Source of the DNA: Chitinophaga pinensis
GTDB taxonomy: Bacteria > Bacteroidota > Bacteroidia > Bacteroidales > GCA-2748055
Length of the DNA: 64,000 nt
Direction of reading: 5' to 3'
NCBI GenBank assembly: GCA_945863035.1
Contig: CAMAZH010000001.1
Span: 64,420 to 128,419, forward strand
Shown here: positions 19,801 to 30,000 of the stretch, piece by piece
Layout: each line of letters begins with the position of its first letter
Position numbering within the stretch: the stretch's first letter is position 1
Notes under the pieces: generated by a model
What the model was told of the DNA's origin: nothing
Seen by the model: only the letters and a program-made list of their open reading frames with translations
Database searches by the model: none
Program-made: the position numbers and the translations under genes

Positions 19801-20464
19801 TGATGTTCATTTTCATCATTTCATCTGCAAAGGATGCCGTTCCGGCTGTTTTCTCCAGGTTTAATCCCGTGTTGGCCGGATCGTTGAAATCCCATGAGTT
19901 CATCTGGGGAACAGCATATACATCACCAATATTAAATAGTTCCAGGTTGTCAAAATATGTAGTAGCTTCTGCGGTAGTATTGCCCCACTCATCGCTGAAA
20001 TATACTTCTACCTTTGAAAAAGAGATATCCGTCAATGCATTGTTAAACTCCGCAATGCTCCATTGACCGGACGGGAAGGTTGTATTGCACCATCCTTCCG
20101 CCTTGGTAACATTATCTGCACTTACGAATTTCAGATAAACATATGATGGCCGTTCTTTAGGATAAACATTAATGCGGGCTTTACTTTTCCCATGAAGTGT
20201 GACCTCCTGGTCAAAAACGAATTTAATCCCGCTGTTCCAGTTTCCAGCCTGGCGCTTACCCATGTAAACCTTATCGGAGTTATTGATAACTGCTTTGCCA
20301 GGATTATCAGCAATACCATGCTCTACGTGGCCCCACGCCGACTCGAGTGCATATCCACCGGAAGGCAATGGTTTTTCAAAATCCATCAGCACATTGATAT
20401 GCTGAGCATGCAGCATAAATATCGCTGATATCAGCAAAGAAATAGTAATTGTGAGTTTTTTCAT
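16805..20464 (-). CDS. Large non-catalytic T9SS-sorted surface protein: three copies of an unrecognised ~140-aa module, Big_2-like Ig domains, CBM6/35-like module, cadherin-like beta-sandwich
   Basis: Signal peptide MKKLTITISLLISAIFMLHAQ. Repeated module at residues 190-331, 434-575 and (diverged) 757-890. Big_2-like segments: TVTVYAASKIKPDVIGSIEITV, VLVSATAKDGSGISGNKSITV, VTVTATANDGSGTKGTLSISV. CBM6/35-like: ILEFENFNDGGQGVGYED..YQVGWTDVDDKLNFDI. Cadherin-like beta-sandwich: NDATLSSLLIGGVQLSNFAPATASYRVEL..VTAEDGMTVKKYLVKI. Sorting domain: IYPNPTSDVLNIT..GLYLLKIVK. I saw no recognisable catalytic domain. Confidence 0.85.
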   Translation of the reverse strand: MKKLTITISLLISAIFMLHAQHINVLMDFEKPLPSGGYALESAWGHVEHGIADNPGKAVINNSDKVYMGKRQAGNWNSGIKFVFDQEVTLHGKSKARINVYPKERPSYVYLKFVSADNVTKAEGWCNTTFPSGQWSIAEFNNALTDISFSKVEVYFSDEWGNTTAEATTYFDNLELFNIGDVYAVPQMNSWDFNDPANTGLNLEKTAGTASFADEMMKMNITSGLPWQEPCVWTQTMDNWKMGDLKYFWMRIKNESAGNDVGFTATHGPDWYGLNRVKIPTNDSMFRDVIIDLTEPKNWWSSFPDSLSDIRFDGPKGVDTGQYFIDFYRFVEDFPFADSVSKVAISSPYTTAYGLDHLIQLKADVKFKESVVAYIKTGVIWSVSDENIATISVDGKLTPLTAGTVTVYAASKIKPDVIGSIEITVLDSYEIRTAWEFNDPANTGLNLEKTAGTVSFADEMMIMNITSGLPYQEPNVWSDSMVYWPLKGNNFFWMRIKNESSGNGVGFTAIHNGNWYGLNRVNIPTNATEFTDVMIDLNDPKSWWGSIPEYINEIRFDGPKGVDAGTYYVDFYKFVSQRPPAVSIQVSSPFDAVYGVGSTVTLSAAVTPAISAQSVTWSVDNDAFATIDANTGVLTVVSDGVVLVSATAKDGSGISGNKSITVSKDQMPAGSISLTGQDGRTIVSTGNKLQILFEVMPLNTTNKNVTFSVDPESVASIDANGLLTGILPGNVTVTATANDGSGTKGTLSISVVEQTTAWNFDNATGWGIAGANSANASIADGKMVIEVTGADPYVWGDQLTGWTVGDIKWLSIGVKNETADDRGQILVFDKDYNISVITFPLVPNDNQYRDVLVNLTGVNNWNPGFIVAQFRLDAVDVADSGKIAFDYIRFSNARPITVLPVVSNETVILEFENFNDGGQGVGYEDKDASNNGGGYRPNEGVDIGGGNGRYQVGWTDVDDKLNFDIRVVESGLYNVTFNFATIHGWYNEKFSVLIDGSPVLSQVELPAPADFIPWSLDTSMNLLKGDHILSFVINDAAGGFDLNNMVFSYEGYLGNNDATLSSLLIGGVQLSNFAPATASYRVELTEGADTVATAVTNDPNASVSIVNVNGTVTITVTAEDGMTVKKYLVKIILKPSTIGVNSETFSKVGIYPNPTSDVLNITETSNALIQIYSMDGKLLMNLKSSDNVTSVNAAKYGKGLYLLKIVKNNESMISKFVVE
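18740..19897 (-). repeat. Intragenic duplication (period 732 nt) encoding two copies of the unrecognised module plus the intervening Ig-like segment
   Basis: Copy A is 19472..19897 and copy B is 18740..19165. Plus-strand 19044..19167 aligns to 19776..19899 at an offset of exactly 732 nt, with about 14 mismatches in about 124 nt counted by eye. Similarity is lower elsewhere in the unit. The antisense shadow ORFs 18810..19019 and 19506..20066 in the track show the same repeated peptide (FVGIFTRLSPYQ). Confidence 0.85.
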
Positions 20465-20880
20465 AGTGATTTGATTTTAGTTTAAAAAATAAATGATATT
20501 TAATTTCTGTTTTGTTGTTTTGATTGGATTATTTTCATATTTGTTTTATTGTTAAGAATTACCGAATGTTTACAGGTTTTTTTGAAGGCTTCTACTTATA
20601 AAGTAAAACTTAATATTTTTGGTGGACTTTTGTTTTTCTTCCAATCTTTTTTGAAAGAGTCTTAATTAATACAAATCCCTTGTAATTGTAAAGTGAAATA
20701 TTTTTGCATAGAGGGGGTAAAGCGACTCTACTGCATTGATATGCAGATAGATAGTTTGTGTAGTATAGGTCGGGATTTCGGATCGGTGGAAGTCGATTCT
20801 GGAGAAACCAGAATATAATTTGGGCCGTGATAAAAATTCGGGATCACAGTTCTGTATTCCGTATTCCGGAATTAGGCAAG

Positions 20881-23800
20881 TTATTTTCTGAGATTCTTTA
20901 TAAATTCACTTGGAGATATACCTTTTTCCTTTTTGAACATTGTAGAGAAATATGCGGGATTGGACACCCCGACTTTTATACAAATTTCTGTAATTGGACA
21001 GTCTGTCTGCTGCATGATTTCTACAGCTTTCCTAACACGATAAGTGTTAATATAGGCATTTGGGGTAGTATTAGTAACAGACAAGAATTTTCTGTGAAAA
21101 TTTGAACGGCTCATATTCATTTGCATGGAAAGATGTTCAACGTTCAGTCCTTCATTTTCGATATCCCTTTCCAGTATCTGGTTTAATGTGTTTACAAATG
21201 ACTGATTTTCATGGCTGATGAAATTCATCTTTAAATTATGGAAAAGTCCCTGTTGAAAAAGAAGATGCATTTTTTCGCGCCGGTCAAACAGATTATCAAC
21301 AATTGCGATCAAATAGTCTGGATCAAAGGGCTTACTGATATAAAAGTCAGCTCCTTTTTTTAATCCTTCAATCTGGTTTTCTAATTCAGAACGTGCAGAG
21401 AGGAGAATAAAAGATATGTGATTCAAGACCTCATTATTCTTGATGTTGTTGCAAAGCTCCAGTCCGCTCATTTCAGGCATCATTACATCACTGATAATAA
21501 GATCGGGTAATTCCTGTTTTATCTTTTTCAGACCCTCAAGCCCGTTATAGGCCGAGATAACCGAGTATCGGGTGCTTAGAATATTTGCAATCAGGTTATT
21601 CAATTCGATATTATCTTCAACAATAATAATTGAATAAGCTCTTTTTGTTTCTTCAGAATCGGTAAGTTCTTCTTTTTTGTTAATCTGCGGAATTACAGTG
21701 ACAAATTCTTTTCTGAGGCCCGTCATTTCATCTTCTGTCCAAACACCAGTATCCAATGGTAAAATAAAAGAAAATACCGAACCGAAATTCTTTTGGCTCT
21801 CCACACGGATATCTCCCTTGTGCAAAACAGACAGTCTTCTTGAGAAATTAAGACCGAGCCCTGTGCTGGAATAGTCAGAATAGAATTTATTGTTTGTGCG
21901 GTTATATCTTTCAAAAATACTGCGTAATTGATTTATGTCAATCCCTGATCCATTATCCTTAACGGAAATTTCCAAATATCCGGCTTGAGAAATGGGAAAA
22001 GTCATTTCCTTCAGTTTTTCATAATTCTTTTGAGCTTCTTCTGTGGAAATATTATTTACAAAAACTTCGATAAATCCTTTTTGTGGAGTATATTTTATGG
22101 AATTACTGATAAGATTCGACAAGATTATTTCCAGCTTTTCCGGATCAAAAATCATCTTAGAAACAGAATCAGATGGTTTAGAGTAGGTCAGACTAATCTT
22201 TTTAAGATTGGAATAATGAATAAAACCTTTGATTATTCTTTCTATTTCATCAGAAACAGAAGCTTCGATAAGGTCAATTTTCACGGTGTCGCTTTCCAAC
22301 TCGCGAAAATTGAGGATTTGGTGGATTAGTTTTAGTAAGCGTTCTGTATTATACTTTAAACTGGCATACACCTCAAGAGATTTATCATCTCTTTTCAACT
22401 GTTTTGAGATCATGTAAACGAGACCGGAAATAATGCTTAACGGAGTTTTTAACTCGTGTGAAATATTTGCGAAAAACCTCAGTTTCATTTGATGAACTTC
22501 CTTTTCCCGAATCCTTTCGTTATGCTCAACTTCAAGATTCTTTTTATAGAATTTCGCCCTTAACATAAGTCTGAAAAGTACTAAAAGAACCATGATGAAC
22601 ACAAGACTATACAAAACAAAGGCCCACCACGTCAACCAGGGAGCATGTTTAATACGAACCGACAGGTTCACAGGATTAGACCATTCTGTATTATTGGTGC
22701 AGGATCTTACCTTGAAGGTATAGCGACCAGCGGGTAAATTTGAGTAGGCGGCATAGGTGGCATCTCCAACACTTTGCCATTTCTCGTCAAAACCTTCCAG
22801 CATGGTTTCGTATTCAACTTTACTCTCTGCACCATAATGAAAGGCGATATAGTCAATCCGAAATGATTTTTGATTATGGTTCAGGGACAGACTGGCTGTA
22901 TAAGATATGCTCTTTTCCAGCAGATGCTTGCTGCCACCAGGCAGAACTGGTTCATAGTTTATCCGCAAGGATCGTAAAACCACTCCGGTAAGAGGAAGCT
23001 CATTTACTAATATTTTCTCAGGTTTGAAATGTGTTACACCTTCATTACCCCCGAAGTAGATCATCCCTGTTTTATCTTTATAAACAGCTTTCTGGTGAAA
23101 TTGCTGATTATTTATTCCTTCATTAATATAGTAATTTACAAAATTGTTTTTTTTCTCAAAGCAGGATAGTCCGTATGAGGTGCTGATCCATAGGTTTTTG
23201 GCTGAATCTTCAATAATGCCGTAAATATCATTACTGGGAAGTCCGTTATTCCTGTTAAGCACATTTATTTCATTATTGTGCAAATCAAATCGGATCAGTC
23301 CCCAGTTAAAGTTGCCAATCCAGAGAATACTGTCACTATCAACATAAATGGTGCAAAACTCTTTTGCCTTCCATTGTTTGAGCTGCTTGTCGGGAGATAA
23401 TTCACTAATCTTGTTTGTGGCTGGCGAAAATATGTACAACCCTTCGAGAAATGTACAGATTAAAAGATCGTTGTGGTTAAAGGGAATAATCTGTCTTACA
23501 TTAGGCCCAAAATCCATCATTCGTTTTTCGAAGATCCCATTTTCATCAAAAATGAGAAGACCGCTTCCGGTGCCCGCATATACTTTGCCATCAGTAGTAG
23601 CTGTAAGTGAAACAATTTCACCTCCCCCGGATGGGAAATTCAGATTTCGAAAGGTGGATGTGGAAGGATTGAATATTTGCAGTTTATCGGGCTGACCTAC
23701 CCATATTTGTCCCTGTCTATCGCAATACAAGGCAGAAACATGGTTATCAGAAAGAAGGCTGTTGTTCTTGGTAAAGTGTCTTGTCCGTTCTCCTGAGCGG

Positions 23801-24951
23801 TCAATTACAATCAACCCATCATAGCGTGTTCCAAAAAACAATGATTCTTCTTTATCGGAGATGATACAATTCGTAAATTTCCCATCGGTTGCATTTAATA
23901 TTGATTTTTCAGGATTGAAACATCTTCTTTGATGATAGGATACAATAATTCCTTTATCAAAAGTTCCTATCCAGATATTTTGCCGTTTGTCAATAAAGCA
24001 ACATGTAAGGCTGTTGGATGATAAGCCGGAATTGTCGCCGATAACATAATGATTAACATCGTCATTGTGCGGATTATAAGTAAACAAACCATCTTTATAT
24101 GTGCCAATAAGAATCTGTCCTGATCCATCTTCCTGTAAAAATCGTATATCCTTGTTTTTAAGTGCCCAAAGGCTGCCGTATTTTTCGTCGGGGATTTTCT
24201 TATTGCTGATAAAGTCATATAAAAATAGTCCTTGATTAGTTCCAATCCAAAGCATATCCCTCACACATTTAATCGAATAAACAGTGATATTGGCAGGTAA
24301 TCCTATTTCTTTTGGATTAACATATCGCGAAAAAATTCCTGAAGCAGGATTTACGAGTGCAATGCTTTTATCTTCTTGTAAAATCCAGATTCCATAATCT
24401 GAATCTGAAAAGATATAATGGAACCTGAAAGTATCTTCTGCCAGTTCCAATCCTCTGAATTGGAGCATTTCCTCATCAAATACTGAAAGTTTTTCAAATA
24501 GATAATTACTATAATAATTGCCCTGCCAGCTACAGTTATTGTTTTCCCATTGTCCGGTATTGATCTGCATCATTTCCTCTAAACGGTTATTATAATAATG
24601 CTGTCCCTTGTTTGTCGAAACAAAGATGCCTTTTTCACCTGCTCGTAATGAATTAATATAATCGTGCGAAATCACATTCTCTTTATCAGGGTCAAACAGA
24701 AAATGCTCAAATTTTTGCCCGTCGTAACGATTCAGTCCACGAGCTGTTCCAATCCACATATAGCCAAGTTCGTCCTGACAAATTCCTTTAATTTGCAGAT
24801 TTGACAGCCCGTCTTTTAATGTGATACTTTCAAATACGGCAAAAGAACCTGATTCTGTCAGGTTTTGGGAAAAGGATGTTCCTGATATTCCACAAATAAT
24901 GGTTATCCAAAGGATTAGCTGTTTTTTCAAATTAGAAAATTCTGTCATCAT
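20881..24951 (-). CDS. Hybrid two-component system sensor kinase/response regulator with AraC-type DNA-binding output (HTCS, PUL-type regulator)
   Basis: N-terminal signal/anchor. Long periplasmic region with repeated propeller-type sensor motifs: MWIGTARGLNRY, LWIGTNQGLFLY, IWIGTFDKGI, LWISTSYGLSCF. TM segment WWAFVLYSLVFIMVLLVLF. H-box FFANISHELKTPLSII. HATPase: VKDNGSGID..GLGLNFSRRL. Receiver: IIIVEDN..LIISDVMMPEMSGLEL..ISKPFD. AraC HTH: SRSNFHRKF..NPAYFSTMFKKEKGISPSEF. Confidence 0.92.
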   Translation of the reverse strand: MMTEFSNLKKQLILWITIICGISGTSFSQNLTESGSFAVFESITLKDGLSNLQIKGICQDELGYMWIGTARGLNRYDGQKFEHFLFDPDKENVISHDYINSLRAGEKGIFVSTNKGQHYYNNRLEEMMQINTGQWENNNCSWQGNYYSNYLFEKLSVFDEEMLQFRGLELAEDTFRFHYIFSDSDYGIWILQEDKSIALVNPASGIFSRYVNPKEIGLPANITVYSIKCVRDMLWIGTNQGLFLYDFISNKKIPDEKYGSLWALKNKDIRFLQEDGSGQILIGTYKDGLFTYNPHNDDVNHYVIGDNSGLSSNSLTCCFIDKRQNIWIGTFDKGIIVSYHQRRCFNPEKSILNATDGKFTNCIISDKEESLFFGTRYDGLIVIDRSGERTRHFTKNNSLLSDNHVSALYCDRQGQIWVGQPDKLQIFNPSTSTFRNLNFPSGGGEIVSLTATTDGKVYAGTGSGLLIFDENGIFEKRMMDFGPNVRQIIPFNHNDLLICTFLEGLYIFSPATNKISELSPDKQLKQWKAKEFCTIYVDSDSILWIGNFNWGLIRFDLHNNEINVLNRNNGLPSNDIYGIIEDSAKNLWISTSYGLSCFEKKNNFVNYYINEGINNQQFHQKAVYKDKTGMIYFGGNEGVTHFKPEKILVNELPLTGVVLRSLRINYEPVLPGGSKHLLEKSISYTASLSLNHNQKSFRIDYIAFHYGAESKVEYETMLEGFDEKWQSVGDATYAAYSNLPAGRYTFKVRSCTNNTEWSNPVNLSVRIKHAPWLTWWAFVLYSLVFIMVLLVLFRLMLRAKFYKKNLEVEHNERIREKEVHQMKLRFFANISHELKTPLSIISGLVYMISKQLKRDDKSLEVYASLKYNTERLLKLIHQILNFRELESDTVKIDLIEASVSDEIERIIKGFIHYSNLKKISLTYSKPSDSVSKMIFDPEKLEIILSNLISNSIKYTPQKGFIEVFVNNISTEEAQKNYEKLKEMTFPISQAGYLEISVKDNGSGIDINQLRSIFERYNRTNNKFYSDYSSTGLGLNFSRRLSVLHKGDIRVESQKNFGSVFSFILPLDTGVWTEDEMTGLRKEFVTVIPQINKKEELTDSEETKRAYSIIIVEDNIELNNLIANILSTRYSVISAYNGLEGLKKIKQELPDLIISDVMMPEMSGLELCNNIKNNEVLNHISFILLSARSELENQIEGLKKGADFYISKPFDPDYLIAIVDNLFDRREKMHLLFQQGLFHNLKMNFISHENQSFVNTLNQILERDIENEGLNVEHLSMQMNMSRSNFHRKFLSVTNTTPNAYINTYRVRKAVEIMQQTDCPITEICIKVGVSNPAYFSTMFKKEKGISPSEFIKNLRK

Positions 24952-25078
24952 AATATGTTTCAGAATTTAAAAGGCAATACTGGTTTGCTATATATACAAA
25001 TATAGCACTGATTTGCATTAAAGACAGGAAAGACTTCAGTTTTGTTCTCATAGCATATGGTTTATCAGATCAAAGCTC

Positions 25079-25104
25079 AAAAAACAATGATGTCACCATC
25101 ATTG
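25079..25104 (-). terminator. Rho-independent terminator-like hairpin downstream of the 592-aa gene
   Basis: caatgatg at 25085..25092 and catcattg at 25097..25104 form a perfect 8-bp stem with a 4-nt loop (tcac). On the minus strand the hairpin is followed directly by TTTTTT (complement of 25079..25084). It lies 40 nt after the stop at 25145..25147. Confidence 0.6.
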
Positions 25105-25144
25105 CAGTGGCAGTCCAAATTGTTTTAAATGCATACTGTCTTAT

Positions 25145-26923
25145 TTAATACAGGGATTTGCCAAAATAAAAATTAAACCTTCTGTCTGGAGCGGCATCCC
25201 CCTGGATAAAAAAATCTGAAATATTTTCCAGAGAACCTGTGTTATCGGCCCATTTAAAATAGATTTCAGGCTCTCCCGTTATAAATCCGATAGACTTTGC
25301 AGAAATAGATAATTCAAGGGAGCTCCCCTGGAAAGAGTAAGATATTTTAACGGGATTAGTCCATTCTGTGCCATTCCATTGCTTAAGAGTGGTTTCATGG
25401 GATGAGAGAACTTCATGATTTACAAGATAGTCATAGCCTTCCCATCCTGTACTTTTACTGCGATCCGTATCCAAAAGCAGATACATCCAGCTGCTATCTG
25501 TATTTGGAGTTAAATCCTTTTTAGTCTTTACCATAAAATAAATAGTATCGTCATTAACGTTAACACGTGATTCAATAATATCATTTCTTCCTGAATTGTT
25601 TATCATAACAGTTGTTGTATCATACCCGGGGAAGTTCCTGTGCATCGCATCACCTGAAGGATCCCAAAAAGCAGGAGAAACATCATCCCATTCAGAAAAC
25701 AGGCCATCAATAACTATTTTTTTTGGCGTAGAAACTGGCTGAGGCTTATTCATGCCTTTAAATTTGCGAATGTTTGAGATCATCTGGTAATACAGGTTAT
25801 CAGTATGACCGTCTTTCATTGGTGCAATGTCGCGATTAAACTCTTCAGTAAAAACATCCACAAACCATGAATCGCCATTTTGTATTGGCCGTCCAGCGTA
25901 TTGTGAATTGCCATTCTCCCATATACACCGTTGGGCAATCCATTCATTCCATTGAGTTATCATAATTACTTCAGGGTCAATATTCAATGCCCTGTCCCAT
26001 TGTTCTGCAAACTGCAAGCCATGCCCCGTAGATCCGGTCAGATATTTTTCATTTACTGAAGGTTGATTATCCTGGTTAAAGCTGTTCCCAAGAGGATTTT
26101 GGGGGTGGTGAGCCGCCGAAACAGAAATTTGCTCCGGAATTGCTGGCGATTTGCTCCATCCCCAGTTCTGCGGGTATTTATCCAGCCACTGCCAATGATT
26201 GGCTTCTTTTTCTGTGTTTGTCCATGCCCAGCTGTATTTCATTGTGAAAAATTCTTTCACTTCACTCCGAAGGGTACTGTCATTGAAGTCGCACATAATC
26301 AGCGGTTTTCCCTCCCATTGGAACCATAGCTCCGTGAATCTGTTTATTGAATAGAATTTATCATACAGTTCTTGCACAACTTTGGCAGAAGAAGAATTAG
26401 TGATAAAAGTGATTTGAGGGGTTGCAATGCCGTCGTTTCTCATTTGCAGGGATATCTCGCAAAGAGTAATGACTGTTTCAAGGTAGGTGTATCCGTTGGT
26501 TACATCAAAAAAAATAAAATCTACATTGGCATTGCTTAACATTTGCAAATCACGTCTAATTACCCATGGATCATTGGAACGATAATATCCCTGTTCTGGT
26601 TCTCCCCAGAAATGGAATTCACCGATGTTGCCCCAACCCGGATTTTTGTTGCTTAAAGGAGTCTGCGGATATTGGTCCAGAATTTTTGTGATATCAAGAA
26701 CCCGGTTCCCGTGATACCCCTGCCAGATATAGTAGAACACGCCAACAATTTTCCCTTCACACAGCCCTCCTGTCTGATAAAATTCCGGTAAGGTTCTGCC
26801 CAGGGCGTCTGTGGCTACCCAATCGTCAGCAAAGGATTTATATTGAGTGCAATTCTGAGCAGATGAATATGCTGAGTTCAGAAGAATAATCCCAGTGAAA
26901 AATAAGGCTTTAAGTTTTATCAT
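25145..26923 (-). CDS. Secreted protein of an unassigned GH-like family (TIM-barrel-like N-terminal region plus conserved C-terminal beta-rich domain)
   Basis: Signal peptide MIKLKALFFTGIILLNSAYSSAQ. Motifs shared with 39838..41685 and with the N-terminus of 3853..8226: DDWVATDALGRTLP, VGVFYYIW, WGEPEQGYYRSNDPWVIRRDLQMLSNANVDFIFFDVTNG, ITQWNEW, EEFNRDIAPM, SGRNDIIESR..LLLDTDRSKSTGWEGYDY, GDAAPDRRFNF. Confidence 0.8.
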   Translation of the reverse strand: MIKLKALFFTGIILLNSAYSSAQNCTQYKSFADDWVATDALGRTLPEFYQTGGLCEGKIVGVFYYIWQGYHGNRVLDITKILDQYPQTPLSNKNPGWGNIGEFHFWGEPEQGYYRSNDPWVIRRDLQMLSNANVDFIFFDVTNGYTYLETVITLCEISLQMRNDGIATPQITFITNSSSAKVVQELYDKFYSINRFTELWFQWEGKPLIMCDFNDSTLRSEVKEFFTMKYSWAWTNTEKEANHWQWLDKYPQNWGWSKSPAIPEQISVSAAHHPQNPLGNSFNQDNQPSVNEKYLTGSTGHGLQFAEQWDRALNIDPEVIMITQWNEWIAQRCIWENGNSQYAGRPIQNGDSWFVDVFTEEFNRDIAPMKDGHTDNLYYQMISNIRKFKGMNKPQPVSTPKKIVIDGLFSEWDDVSPAFWDPSGDAMHRNFPGYDTTTVMINNSGRNDIIESRVNVNDDTIYFMVKTKKDLTPNTDSSWMYLLLDTDRSKSTGWEGYDYLVNHEVLSSHETTLKQWNGTEWTNPVKISYSFQGSSLELSISAKSIGFITGEPEIYFKWADNTGSLENISDFFIQGDAAPDRRFNFYFGKSLY

Positions 26924-27079
26924 AATACAATTGTTTTTGAGCTGATTATTCGGGATTTACCGAGATAGGGAATTTTTTGGTCTTCGAAACTTTTTTCCCC
27001 ATAAATCAGCATGTTGCGGCATCCCTCAATACCTGCTTTAAATGCCAGAAGCATCAGGCATTTTAATGATCCGGAGCAG

Positions 27080-30000
27080 CTACCGGGTAACATTTACAAT
27101 CTGTTTTGAATTTATACTGATTAAACGGCAGGACTTAATAGAACAGGGACCAGATAGTCCGGCATCGAATAGATTCTTACTTACGGCATTCTTTAGTACG
27201 TGGTTATCATCGTTTGCATTTCTGAATTCTTCATAATGCATGAAGTAGGATACTCTTTCCTCAAGGGGAAATTCCATATCACGAACAATCCTGTTATTCC
27301 AGGTATTGGTAACTTCAATCACCAATCTGTTTTCCCCATGCATTAATGCATTTGTGATATCAACCACAAAAGGACTGGTCCAAGCAAGGCCTGCATCCTT
27401 CCCATTCAGTTCCACACGGGCAATATTATCAACTTTCCCAAGGTCGAGATAATAAAGATATTCTTTGTCAACTGGATTATTATCGAAATCGAAGGTGGTT
27501 TCGTATCTTGCCGTACCTGAAAAGTGCTTTACATCTGGATTATCATGTTTTGTTAATGAAAACAGGGTATCGGTTAAAATTGAAAAATCCTTTTCAATGC
27601 CTTTGTTTGCCTCAAAAGAAATTTTCCATCTGCTCTTGATTGGAAAACTACATAAACTGTCATTAATTTCAATATTTTCTCCTGAACCGTCTGAAAACAC
27701 CAATTCATAATTGCCAGCTTGACTAACCGTGAGAACCGGTTGATCAGCCGGACAAAAAGAGGTATTATACAGTTTGCTGTTTGCTGCCAATGATATTGGA
27801 ACCGAGTTGTATTTAAACGAAGTGAGATGTTTCTGCTTTTTAAAAGCTTTACCAAAGATGATAAATATTGATTCATAAGGTGCTAAGTCTAACCGTAATG
27901 TAACCCTTTCATCTTCAATGGTGTAGGCGTAAACCTTTTGTATTGTTTTGGTCTGCGGATTCCAGATCTCAGGTATTTTGCCACTTTGCCTGAAACTGCA
28001 TTCTATTTTTCTAACACAGTTCTGTTGATTTGAAATGAAATAAATATCCTCATTGTTAAACTTCTTATGTATGAATTTCATCGAGTCATTTTCATTAAAA
28101 ATCAAATCTGGTTGGATTTTCTCTTTTACTAGTACGTTTTCGAGTGTTTCACCCCAATATACTTGCCCCTTGCCATACACATGTGTGGTAATTTCCTTCC
28201 CGTTGCAATCTCCCCATACGGCATTAACTAATTTCTTAAATTCCTTGCTGTTTGAATCATGATTCATTAGCCCAAGGACATCAGCGGGTTTAGGACCAAC
28301 TACTATTAAACCTGCACTTACAAATTCCTCCATTTTTTTTATTAGTTCAATGCTGTATTTCCCATTACCCAGGAAGGATTCATCCGGCAAAATCAAAATT
28401 TTATGGGATGCACCATTGGGCAGCGTTAATTTTCCGTTTTCAATATAAGCAAGATTCAAAAGTGCATCTGCATTAATTGACAAATAGTGATATCCTTCGG
28501 GAATTTCAACATTAAGCTGATCGGGGAGAAGTCCACGATTCGGGATATCCATACCGGTGAAACACAAGATATCGGCCATCTGATATCCTTTCTGAAGAAT
28601 TGACTGGCAGGTAGTAATATAATCGATCCATGCCCTCGACTGATTCCACCAGGTTTGTCCCCTGTTAAAATGCAGACCGATATGATCCAGAGTTGCGCCC
28701 GGTTGTTTTCCGACAAAAGGCTGCTGGACATAAACATGAAAGAAGATCTTGTTAACTCCTTTACAGAAATTATAATCACCCTGTGCTTTTAATGCAAAGG
28801 GGTGTTCGTACCATTTTGATTCCAGATCAGTGAATGATTCTGCCTGAACTATATTCCGGTTATAGATGTGTGCGGCCGATGCAGCTTCAAGAATATCTTC
28901 GGGTTTGTCGTAAGGTGAGGGATCGTCCCGCCAGAATTCACCCATGGGCAAGTCTGTATATTTATGGTGAAGCATTCCATCAGAGATCATCACAGGGCCG
29001 GTCGCCTCCGCAGAGAAAAGGACACCCTTCTCATGAGCCATGGCAGCCAACTTTCCATAAAAATTATCATTCATCAATTCGGCAATGGTAAGCCTGAAAT
29101 CATACAAGAAATTTTCATATTCTTCCAGTGAACCGACAGGTATGCCAATCAATACAGGCAACCAGGGAAGAGGGTCATAGCCCCTTCTTTGTTGAAACTC
29201 AGTGATTAATTTGTCTGTCCAATTTTGGGTACAGGCTTCCCAGCTATCTACATGTATCAGGGGAAGAGCCTTGCCGACCTTATCACTTCTTATTTCTTTC
29301 ATGGTTCTGCTGAGCCACCCATCAAACAAGATGCGGGTAGCCTCTTCACTCAGTTTATCTGATTCCAGTCCCTTTCCTCCTCCACCGGTTTCATTCTCTT
29401 CACCGGTGATGGTATATCCCAGCCTTAGTAAGGTCCACTTTCCCGCTGGCACATTCCAATGTATTACTCCAGTAGAATCAAGGAGCTCAGACACATTAAT
29501 AATTTCTTTTGGATCGATTGAGATACATACCGGATCAATCGTCTTGCATTGCGGAGCTATCCTGCTCCGAAATGCTGCTTTTGCCTCGATGTGATCTATC
29601 CAAGGAAAGGGAGACAACTCAATTTCGCTTAAGTTCAGCAATTTCTGGGTTGACCCTACATACCTCATGGTAACAGGCAAATCAACTCCGGTATCAAACA
29701 GAAATCTGAATACTTTGGCCGTAGTTTCCGGAATCCGGAATGTAACCGGACAACCATCCTCTTGCCATGAATGCTGATCGGGTTCCAGGTGTGCGACCGG
29801 TTTGAAATTCTGGCCATCCTGGCTTACCTGGACTTCCATTGATGCTGCATAGAAGGGATATCCCATCCAGGAGCCGATTGGGGAAAAAATACGAATCGAA
29901 CGACACAGAAACGGCTCCTGAAATGTAATTTGAAAATAATTCTGTCCCTCTGCCTGTATTGCCTGATCTTTCACATTACCATCAAATAGTCTCCGGACAT

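Noticed and set aside
20854-20872. Tandem GTATTCC GTATTCC overlapping the 10-bp palindrome ATTCCGGAAT, immediately 3' of the first HTCS stop codon.
   Set aside because: It is too short and loop-less to be a terminator, and there is no second copy elsewhere in the window. It is most simply chance or a local slippage duplication.
20465-20880. A search for a Bacteroidota-type promoter (TAnnTTTG -7 box with upstream TTTG) on the minus strand upstream of the 1219-aa gene. I also noticed a small palindrome, CTGCAT-tgat-ATGCAG, at 20731..20746.
   Set aside because: I found no convincing TAnnTTTG match on the minus strand by eye. The only good match (TATTTTTG near 20623..20630) is on the plus strand. 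The palindrome has only 6-bp arms. No promoter feature is claimed.
27040-27063. Hairpin aaatgcc-(10 nt)-ggcattt just downstream of the GH106-like gene stop.
   Set aside because: On the minus (coding) strand it is not followed by a U-tract, and the stem is only 7 bp. This is not convincing as a terminator.
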